IMG/VR virus record: IMGVR_UViG_3300022218_000007
Coordinates: 1-38,019 of that record
From: a virus
Taxonomy: Duplodnaviria > Caudoviricetes
Strand: one strand, 5' to 3'
DNA: 38,019 nucleotides
Shown here: piece by piece, positions 16,259-22,933 of the stretch
How the letters are laid out: every line of letters begins with the position of its first letter
Numbering within the stretch: position 1 is the stretch's first letter
Program-made: the position numbers and the translations under genes
Notes under the pieces: model-generated
What the model was told of the DNA's origin: nothing
Databases searched by the model: none
Seen by the model: the letters and a program-made list of their open reading frames with translations, nothing else

Positions 16259-16391
16259 TGCTAACAAATTAAATTCAAGGGCTTGCGGGTCAAGGAGGGA
16301 ACACATGGAAATGACAGCAGATTATTACCCAAAAGGGAAACCTGAAAACGAGAACACCATTAGCAAGTCCTTTTGCAATGATGGGTTAGGC
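16259..16391 (-). repeat. attC-like site 18
   Basis: TAAC aaattaa ATTCAAGGG CTTGC ... GCAAG T CCTTTTG C AAT gatgg GTTA. Confidence 0.8.
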
Positions 16392-16670
16392 CCCCGTATC
16401 TTACATTTAACTCTCAAAAAAAAGTGGTTTGATATGATTGCCTTTGGAGTCAAGAAGGAAGAGTATCGAGAGATGAAGCCGTATTGGCATAAGAGATTGC
16501 TTAATAAGGGCTATGATGTGATTCGTTTCAGAAACGGATACGCAAAAGATTCTCCAACCCTGACAGTAGAATATAAAGGACTTGAATCTAGCCTGGGAAT
16601 CATTGAATGGGGCGCCCCAGAAAAAACGCCAGTTTATATATTGAAGCTTGGAAGGATTCTAGGGGCATAA
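16305..16670 (+). CDS. Cassette 18: ASCH/PUA-like domain protein
   Basis: LHLTLKKKWFDMIAFGVKKEEYRE...FRNGY...YILKLG; starts inside site 18; ends GTTAGGCCCC / GGGGCATAAC. Confidence 0.75.
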   Translation: MEMTADYYPKGKPENENTISKSFCNDGLGPRILHLTLKKKWFDMIAFGVKKEEYREMKPYWHKRLLNKGYDVIRFRNGYAKDSPTLTVEYKGLESSLGIIEWGAPEKTPVYILKLGRILGA

Positions 16671-16687
16671 CAAGGCGATATCAGGAC
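16665..16687 (-). other. Unpaired core half-site (attI/secondary-site-like) at the array end
   Basis: TAAC aaggc GATATCAGGAC; no partner arm downstream. Confidence 0.45.
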
Positions 16688-16702
16688 TTCTCAAAGTAAG
16701 CT

Positions 16703-17068
16703 ATGACTGGATATAATAAAAAATTCAACTACTTACAAAGACTATCTAAGCGACAACTTGAGGCGGCTGATCGTGCTAGGTTAGAACGTGAAATATATTA
16801 TCCTGAGTTGTTTGTCGAGCCTGATGTATGGTATGAAAATACATTAAAGGATAGATTTGGCAAAGAGCACACTATGCGCTTACTTAATCGTGAGGGTAAA
16901 AGATGCGATAGCTATATAGTTGAGTATATGGGGCATATAGTGTATGTAAATAGGTTTGGTAATTTGGTATTAAATGAAACTAGGAAGCCATTAGTGTTGG
17001 GTTTATCTGAGGCTATGAGATTTATGGCAAAGCAGTTTCCGAGGATATCAAGGAGGCATGATGAGTAG
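16703..17068 (+). CDS. Hypothetical protein
   Basis: 121-aa ORF overlapping the start of the next gene. Confidence 0.6.
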   Translation: MTGYNKKFNYLQRLSKRQLEAADRARLEREIYYPELFVEPDVWYENTLKDRFGKEHTMRLLNREGKRCDSYIVEYMGHIVYVNRFGNLVLNETRKPLVLGLSEAMRFMAKQFPRISRRHDE

Positions 17069-17465
17069 ATTTATAGGTATAGATCCTGGCAAGAAGACAG
17101 CAATTGCAGTTTACGACTCTACCCTTAAACGTGTTATAGATGTTTTCAATACCGACTTTTGGGGGGCTTATGAATATTTACAGACAGAACAGAATGATAT
17201 CCTAATAAAGAAGGTTATTATCGAAGTGCCGCGAACTAAATCAAACTGGCATAAAAAGGGATGCGATATAACCTCTGCAAACATTGGTGGTATTTATCGA
17301 GAGGCGACTTTACTTGCTGATGGCATAGAAAGAATGGGGCTGAAAGTAGTCCGGCAACATCCGCAAGGTAAGGTTGATGCGGCATACGTGAAGAAGATAA
17401 CTGGCTATCAAGGGAAGACTAATGAACATTCAAGAGATGCAATTATGCTTTGTTGGGGGTTTTGA
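17058..17465 (+). CDS. RuvC-like Holliday junction resolvase
   Basis: FIGIDPG, IIEVP, EHSRDAIML: RNase H-fold acidic residues. Confidence 0.75.
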   Translation: MMSRFIGIDPGKKTAIAVYDSTLKRVIDVFNTDFWGAYEYLQTEQNDILIKKVIIEVPRTKSNWHKKGCDITSANIGGIYREATLLADGIERMGLKVVRQHPQGKVDAAYVKKITGYQGKTNEHSRDAIMLCWGF

Positions 17466-17676
17466 TATATTTACCATATACACAACTGAAGATACTACTT
17501 ATCAGCTTTACAAAACGCCAACTAAGGACATCAAGGATTGCCGTGAGGGCGAGTTTGCTATTGACTGTATGCGATTGCTTGGCCTGGGATTAGTTTATCT
17601 ATTTGTAAGCCCTGTACAGTTGATGGTTTTTTATGCCTTAATATTCTGGCCTGCTTATTTAGGCTTGACAAGATGA
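17422..17676 (+). CDS. Possible membrane protein
   Basis: Hydrophobic C-terminal half; start uncertain. Confidence 0.35.
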   Translation: MNIQEMQLCFVGGFDIFTIYTTEDTTYQLYKTPTKDIKDCREGEFAIDCMRLLGLGLVYLFVSPVQLMVFYALIFWPAYLGLTR

Positions 17677-17693
17677 AATATATAGTGTAGAGT
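17665..17693 (+). promoter_or_regulatory. Sigma70-type promoter (leader 2)
   Basis: TTGACA -17 bp- TAGAGT. Confidence 0.65.
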
Positions 17694-17708
17694 ATATTTA
17701 ATAATTAA

Positions 17709-17806
17709 TTCAACAAGTCGGGTCGGATGAGTTGAAAATAAATAGAGTTTGCTTCGGCAGACAAAACTTAGCCCTTGAGACGCGACCCCGTTGATAGGGC
17801 TATTTT
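17709..17806 (+). promoter_or_regulatory. Structured leader/attenuator 2
   Basis: Loop GGGTCG (17720); GTTTGC-ttcg-GCAGAC; terminator TAGCCCT...acg-CGACCC-cgt...AGGGCTATTTT. Confidence 0.6.
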
Positions 17807-17825
17807 AATTTAAGGAGGATATGAT

Positions 17826-18389
17826 GTGGAAGATGAAGTAGACCAAGATGCTGTATGTAAACTATGTGAAGCTCACTATGAGTGGGGCAGTAGTTTATGC
17901 GAAGGCGCCAGGTGTCAGGAATCCCATGACATGTATTTGGAAGAGCAAGAAGAATACCTAAACGAAGGAGGGAAAGATGTGAGTGAGTTTAAAAAGGGTG
18001 ACAAGGTAGAATGTGTTAACACAAATAGCTATGGAAAGTATGATGCTCAAAATTTAGAGAAAGATGGTATTCAAGTAGGGAATCTCTATATTGTAAATGC
18101 TATATTATCTACAAATTATATAGGATTTAAAGGTTCAACTTATTGTCATCACCCTAGTAATTTTAAACTAGCAACAACCAAAACTCAAACAACAAAGGAG
18201 AACAACATGAACATCAGCGATAACATATTAACAGTATTTGAAGACTCAGCAACAACAGCAGGTAAGGTAGCAAAGCGTTTCGGTAGTGAATACGGTGATA
18301 CTACTCGTGATTTACTGGCGCTCAAAAGAGATAAAAAGGATCTGCTGGCTATAATTAAGGATGAGGAAGAAGCGGAAAAAGATAAGTAA
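17826..18389 (+). CDS. Hypothetical protein with in-frame internal RBS/start sites
   Basis: AAGGAGG-GTG start; further RBS+start at 17979 and 18207. Confidence 0.6.
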   Translation: MEDEVDQDAVCKLCEAHYEWGSSLCEGARCQESHDMYLEEQEEYLNEGGKDVSEFKKGDKVECVNTNSYGKYDAQNLEKDGIQVGNLYIVNAILSTNYIGFKGSTYCHHPSNFKLATTKTQTTKENNMNISDNILTVFEDSATTAGKVAKRFGSEYGDTTRDLLALKRDKKDLLAIIKDEEEAEKDK

Positions 18390-18449
18390 ATATTCTGCTC
18401 ATCTCTTTAATCGGAGGTGGGTAGAGTAATTATTTATCAAGGAGGTAGT

Positions 18450-18671
18450 ATGAAAGATCCACTACGGATAAGGTTAACCAGAACAAAAACCATCCCTGAA
18501 ATAGAAGCGATGATTCAGGAAATCAATAATGACCCTGATTCTAAGATCGGGGCAACTGGCCTTGATATTTATAATAAGGCTACAATGAAGAAGCTTGATG
18601 AAATGACGTGGGCTATATATAGTATCAGGCAGAAAATAAACAAAAAGCTTGCAAAACAGGTTATAGTGTAG
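18450..18671 (+). CDS. Hypothetical protein
   Basis: AAGGAGG RBS before ATG 18450. Confidence 0.65.
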   Translation: MKDPLRIRLTRTKTIPEIEAMIQEINNDPDSKIGATGLDIYNKATMKKLDEMTWAIYSIRQKINKKLAKQVIV

Positions 18672-18677
18672 TAGACT
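18649..18677 (+). promoter_or_regulatory. Sigma70-type promoter (leader 3)
   Basis: TTGCAA -17 bp- TAGACT. Confidence 0.6.
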
Positions 18678-18692
18678 AGTTTCATCATAGAA

Positions 18693-18796
18693 GTTCAGGC
18701 CGTAACGGGGCTAAATAGAACATACAAGTTTATCCCGACAGGGTTAAACCTTAACCCCTTTCTTAATGGCCGTTACCCATTTTGAGAGGGGTTTTT
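18693..18796 (+). promoter_or_regulatory. Structured leader/attenuator 3
   Basis: GCC-GTAACGG-GGC; GTTTATCCC-gaca-GGGTTAAAC; terminator AACCCCTTTC...atgg-CCGTTAC-ccat...GAGAGGGGTTTTT. Confidence 0.6.
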
Positions 18797-18809
18797 ATTT
18801 GGAGGTAAT

Positions 18810-19442
18810 ATGAAATAAAAAATTAATTTACACGCTCATACAATATTTTCAGATGGGTGCAACACGCCTTATGTAATGGCGCAGAAGGCAAAAGAGCTTG
18901 GATTTTCAGCCTTAGTGATAACGGATCATTATTATATTAATAGTGATGATTCCGAGTTTTCTTTAAGCGAAGATAGATTCCAATTGTTACGGAGAGCATG
19001 TAGAGAAGCTAAAGAAGTATTGCCTATAATAATTGGCATCGAAGCATCATTTATGGGGCAGGAAGTTTTAATTTTTGGTGGCGAGGCTATCAAGAGAATA
19101 TTCAAAAGCAAGAGTTTGACCCCTGATGAAATGATGTTACTGCGGAAGGAAACGCATTGTGCAATAATATTATGCCATCCAGGGGGCGATATTGACCCAT
19201 TAGAACCGTATATAGACGGGTTTGAGCATTACAATTCTGGTCAAGATTGGTTTAAGGGAAGAGACTTTGGTAAACTAAAAGACAAGCAAAGATGGTGCAA
19301 TAGTGATGCTCACGGTGTTAGGTGTTTAGATAGGAATTATAATATAGTAACCCATAAAATACAAAACGAGAGCGACCTCATTAAATATATCAAGACCGGA
19401 AAGCAGCCTGAATTTTATGTGAAAAATTTTGAGGATAAATGA
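18810..19442 (+). pseudogene. PHP-domain phosphoesterase with an in-frame TAA at codon 3
   Basis: GGAGGT-ATG AAA TAA AAA ATT AAT TTA CAC GCT CAT...: NLHAHTIFSDG, ITDH, GIE, CHP, NSDAH motifs all in one frame. Confidence 0.7.
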
Positions 19443-20149
19443 AAAGCGGTAACTGGATCGGCTTAGATAAAAATATAGTTAAGTTATTGCCTCATGGCAG
19501 AGCCTACACTATCATAGAAGCCTTGATAAGTTTCACCATAGATATTGATAATAAAAGAGATTGGACTATCAATGGGTATGCTAAACAATGGACTTGGAGC
19601 CGTAATAAAGTGCGTAAATTTACCTCTGAGTTAAGGACAGGTAAGGGACACTTAGCGGACAGGAAGGGGACAGGAAGGGGACACCTAATAACCTTAAAAC
19701 TCAACAACTTACACGAAGTAGAGGACAGGAAGAGGACAGGTAATGGACAGGAAGAGGACAGGAAGAGGGACACTACTATATATCCTAATCCTAAACCTAA
19801 TCCTAAACCTAAAAAGAAAGAGATAAAAGAATACTCTCTCTATGGTGAATTTAACAACGTAAGATTAACAGATGAGCAATACCAAAAGTTATCCGACAAA
19901 TACAACGGCAAGCGTGATGGCATGATAGAAACAATGAGCCAACATATCGATTCTAAAAAGAAAGACCCATATACCGGAAAAACTCATTACTCAGCCATTT
20001 TAAAGAATGACCATTGGCTAGACAAAAGCAACGGTAACAACAAAGGTTTTAAGACACGCTCAGAGCGAAACGCTGAAGCCAAGGAAGCCTTTTTAAACTC
20101 AGCAAACAATGAGAAAGATATAACACCAACACTGGAGGCAATAGAATGA
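19439..20149 (+). CDS. Phage replication initiator (lambda O / replisome-organizer-like)
   Basis: N-terminal GNWIGLDK..., HTH-like WTWSRNKVRKF, repeat-encoded linker, followed by a loader-like gene. Confidence 0.7.
   Translation: MKSGNWIGLDKNIVKLLPHGRAYTIIEALISFTIDIDNKRDWTINGYAKQWTWSRNKVRKFTSELRTGKGHLADRKGTGRGHLITLKLNNLHEVEDRKRTGNGQEEDRKRDTTIYPNPKPNPKPKKKEIKEYSLYGEFNNVRLTDEQYQKLSDKYNGKRDGMIETMSQHIDSKKKDPYTGKTHYSAILKNDHWLDKSNGNNKGFKTRSERNAEAKEAFLNSANNEKDITPTLEAIE
19635..19773 (+). repeat. Iteron-like 11-bp-phased GGACA(G/C) repeats, putative replication origin
   Basis: GGACA at 19635, 19646, 19657, 19668, 19679, 19723, 19734, 19745, 19756, 19768. Confidence 0.7.
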
Positions 20150-20691
20150 CTAAAGACGATATGAAAGAGTTTACCGAAATACTTGATTTTATGGCTGAAG
20201 GTTTGGGAGTAGATATGACGGAGGTGAAATACAGGTTTTACTTTGCCGCCTTATCTGATCTCACTATTGAAGAAATAAAGAGGGCCGCAAATCATATAGC
20301 CAGAACTGCAACCTTCTTCCCGAAGCCGGTGGACTTTAGAAACGCAATAAACGGCAATCAAGATGAGGCCGCAATAATAGCATGGGAGAAAGTACAGAAA
20401 GGAAAATCAAAGGCCGGTCAGTATCAATCTGTTAAATTTGATGATCCTGTTATCCATACCGTGATAAAATTGATGGGTGGATGGGGGGCGGTGTGTAGAT
20501 TAGAGGGACACGACGACGAGAAATGGCAGAGAATCGACTTTGAGAAGACATACAAGGCAATGCAAGGGTCAAATAAAGATCATCCAGAATACTTGCCAGG
20601 CATAAGCGAGATTGAGAACACTGCTAAAGGTTTTCTTATTAAAAAAGAGGTTTTGGCGATAGGTGAAAAGATAGAAACGCTTTTGCTTTAA
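20146..20691 (+). CDS. Replication accessory / helicase loader-like protein (DUF6475-like C-terminus)
   Basis: FFPKPVDFR...AWEKV...FDDPVIHTVIKLMGGW...FEKTY; ATGA overlap with the initiator. Confidence 0.6.
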   Translation: MTKDDMKEFTEILDFMAEGLGVDMTEVKYRFYFAALSDLTIEEIKRAANHIARTATFFPKPVDFRNAINGNQDEAAIIAWEKVQKGKSKAGQYQSVKFDDPVIHTVIKLMGGWGAVCRLEGHDDEKWQRIDFEKTYKAMQGSNKDHPEYLPGISEIENTAKGFLIKKEVLAIGEKIETLLL

Positions 20692-20762
20692 TAGTTCAAT
20701 TTGATTGGGAGAGTCACAGGAAGAGTAAGACTTGAATTTATTTTAATTAATGGGAGGGTAGG

Positions 20763-20963
20763 ATGAATGATATATATGTGAATAAAGCTTATGTATATAA
20801 AGATTTTAAAGCAGCAATACATACATTAAAAGCTTCACGGTGGGAATTACTAAAGGCCCGTTTATTTGGTACGAAATCAGTTCATAGTGATGGGACTATC
20901 CGAGTGACCACGGTGGATTATAATGGAAAGACTTATCTCTTTGATTATGGAAAGGCGATATAA
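20763..20963 (+). CDS. Hypothetical protein
   Basis: GGAGG RBS, 66 aa. Confidence 0.6.
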   Translation: MNDIYVNKAYVYKDFKAAIHTLKASRWELLKARLFGTKSVHSDGTIRVTTVDYNGKTYLFDYGKAI

Positions 20964-20987
20964 TAGGAATGTATAAGGAGAAATGAA

Positions 20988-21179
20988 ATGGAAGTAGTTT
21001 TGAGAAAAAACACAACAGATGATGATATGATAGATATTGTGACAAAGCAAGCTGCCATCGGCAAAGAGATATTATGGGGTGTAGTTCATCAAGATTTTAT
21101 ACAGGGAGAAAGTGTTGTAATGGATGAACTAATGAAGATGAACGGAGAGATAACCGTTACACTTGAAGTAAAATTTTAA
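20988..21179 (+). CDS. Hypothetical protein
   Basis: AAGGAG RBS, 63 aa. Confidence 0.65.
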   Translation: MEVVLRKNTTDDDMIDIVTKQAAIGKEILWGVVHQDFIQGESVVMDELMKMNGEITVTLEVKF

Positions 21180-21181
21180 AT

Positions 21182-21517
21182 ATGACTAAGCCTCAAAAGA
21201 AAGCCTTAGATATTCTCTGGCAGCAAAAAGTTACAGAGAATAAGCCCTGTTCATATCCTGGATGCTGCAAGATGGGTAACGAGGGACATCATATATTTAA
21301 ACGTAGATACCTAAATACCAGGTGGAGTATAGAAAATGGCAGGGCGTTGTGTAGAGAGCATCATGATTGGGCTGAAAAGCATCCTACGGCTTACGAGGAT
21401 TGTATTGTGGACGAGATAGGAGTAGAAGCCTATGGAGTACTTAGGCAGGAAGCGTTAATGGTCAGAAAACAGTTCTATGATGAAATATTAAAGGAATTAG
21501 AGGAGGGAATATGTTAA
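21182..21517 (+). CDS. NinG/HNH-like nuclease
   Basis: C..PGC, HHIFKRR...TRWSIENGRALCREHH. Confidence 0.65.
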   Translation: MTKPQKKALDILWQQKVTENKPCSYPGCCKMGNEGHHIFKRRYLNTRWSIENGRALCREHHDWAEKHPTAYEDCIVDEIGVEAYGVLRQEALMVRKQFYDEILKELEEGIC

Positions 21518-22035
21518 TACAAGAGGCATTGAAAGAAACAGGGTTTGCGATAGTAGGTAATTGGATTATTAATTGGAATAGTCTTGATGGGTATTTTCAA
21601 AATACTTGGCCAGATGGTAAAATAACAAGATTTAATTTTGGTAAGGACGATATTCTGCGTGACGATTGGCAACCTTACCACGAAGTAGAAGAGATAAGAC
21701 CGGAGAAGGCGGGGGAGTTGTGGAGATATAGAAATAGCGATAATTATGCTCACACGTTTGCAGATGATGATGATATCTATTTTATATCAGATGGATGCTC
21801 ACCTAAATTAGTATCTAATCTTGAATGTGTTGTACATAATCAATACTGGACTCGCCTCTTCCCCAAAGTAGAAGATGACAGCGTTGAGAGGATAGAGATT
21901 GAAGGGGTAAAGTGGCAACAGTTAGGTGAGGGGTGGGCAGTACCAACGAAAGGTCCACAATCTGGGGGCTCCTTCCATGATTTACTTAGTAAGCCATTTA
22001 TGAAAATGATTCTTGAAATACCAAAGGAGGGGTAA
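21511..22035 (+). CDS. Hypothetical protein
   Basis: GAGGAGG RBS, 174 aa; IQEALK...DILRDDWQ N-terminus. Confidence 0.65.
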   Translation: MLIQEALKETGFAIVGNWIINWNSLDGYFQNTWPDGKITRFNFGKDDILRDDWQPYHEVEEIRPEKAGELWRYRNSDNYAHTFADDDDIYFISDGCSPKLVSNLECVVHNQYWTRLFPKVEDDSVERIEIEGVKWQQLGEGWAVPTKGPQSGGSFHDLLSKPFMKMILEIPKEG

Positions 22036-22250
22036 TGAAAAAGAAACGATGTAGTTGTTGTGAGGCGAGAAAACCTCTTGATGATTTCAATAACGATAAA
22101 ACTACTAAAGATGGTAAGAAATATCAGTGTAGAGATTGCACTAAAAAGAATCGACCAAGTAGAGCTGGGCAGCCTGTATATACTATTACCCCACCTGAGA
22201 TAGTAAGCGAAAGGATTACAAATAAGTGTATGGAGAGGTGGTGGGTATAA
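22035..22250 (+). CDS. Zn-binding protein (HNH/EndoVII N-terminal-like CxxC...CxxC)
   Basis: KRCSCCEARKPLDDF..DKTTKDG..YQCRDC. Confidence 0.65.
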   Translation: MKKKRCSCCEARKPLDDFNNDKTTKDGKKYQCRDCTKKNRPSRAGQPVYTITPPEIVSERITNKCMERWWV

Positions 22251-22594
22251 TGGAAGATAAAAAACAAAGAACGCCACCACAGAATAGATCTTTGCACAAG
22301 TATTGCACTAATCTTGCAAATGCTTTAAATGACGCTGGCTTAGATATGAAGAAAACTCTCAAGCCTGAAATAGATATACCTTGGACTTGCGAGAGCGTAA
22401 AGACTCACCTATATAAACCTATATTAAAATCTCTCACCGGTAAAGAATCGACTATAGACATGGACACGAAAGATCCTTCAATAGTGTATGAGATATTAAA
22501 CAGATTTATGGGGGAAAAACATGGTATAATAGTAGACTGGCCTAGCAGAGAATCACAAAGCAATGAAGCTATGGGGATTAAGAAAAGCATATAA
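22250..22594 (+). CDS. NinB/DUF1367-like recombination accessory protein
   Basis: KQRTPPQNRSLHKY...ST..M...GIIVDWP; TAATG coupling; stop codon is the TAA of the attC core. Confidence 0.55.
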   Translation: MEDKKQRTPPQNRSLHKYCTNLANALNDAGLDMKKTLKPEIDIPWTCESVKTHLYKPILKSLTGKESTIDMDTKDPSIVYEILNRFMGEKHGIIVDWPSRESQSNEAMGIKKSI

Positions 22595-22712
22595 CGTGAA
22601 GCTCAACCGCCGCGTTGAGAGAGGAGAACTAAGAATATGAAAGAACCTATAGAAAGCAAAGCAGATCAAGAAGCAACCAAGGTTAGCGGTCATTTGAAGC
22701 GTGGGGTTATAT
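22589..22712 (-). repeat. attC-like site (solo cassette B)
   Basis: Same length as site 6 and identical to it over 25 + 60 bp. Confidence 0.85.
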
Positions 22713-22933
22713 TTGACCAAGAGGCATTGAAAATCAAGCTCAGACGGGCCACGATAGCTAAGACAAAGTGGGATAACAGGGGGTGGTATATCTGTGATAG
22801 TTCTGGAATATATCATCTCTATGATGATGGGATAGTTCGACATGGCGCAACAAGCCCAAGAAGTGAAGGAGTGTCGGCTTTTTGGAGGACAAGGAAAGAG
22901 GCAAGAATGTTTTATGACGGGTGGAAAATATAA
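22637..22933 (+). CDS. Solo cassette B hypothetical protein
   Basis: Starts inside the site; shares ESKADQEATKVSGHLKRGV with cassette 6, then diverges; ends GTTATATTT (22706) / AAATATAAC (22926). Confidence 0.7.
   Translation: MKEPIESKADQEATKVSGHLKRGVIFDQEALKIKLRRATIAKTKWDNRGWYICDSSGIYHLYDDGIVRHGATSPRSEGVSAFWRTRKEARMFYDGWKI

Larger units (their letters stand above)
10116..16687 (-). mobile_element. Integron-type gene cassette array without integrase (CALIN-like), 18 ORF-bearing cassettes
   Basis: 18 attC-like TAAC/GAAC...GTTA/GTTC hairpins; each cassette has its own complementary 7-15 bp termini; most ORF stop codons coincide with the TAAC/TAGAAC core. Confidence 0.85.

Noticed and set aside
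10116-16687. CRISPR array or simple tandem repeat
   Set aside because: The units are divergent hairpins of about 56-208 nt separated by gene-sized segments; there are no identical direct repeats with ~30-nt spacers and no cas genes.
10116-16687. Array hairpins as intrinsic terminators
   Set aside because: They lack U-tracts, many are translated through, and terminators would not explain the cassette-specific complementary ends.
10349-18818. Stop-codon reassignment (TGA at 10349, TAA at 18816)
   Set aside because: These are different codons and single cases. TGA cleanly ends the SSB-like gene at DIPF and forms ATGA overlaps, TAA and TAG end many genes, and long genes are intact in code 11.
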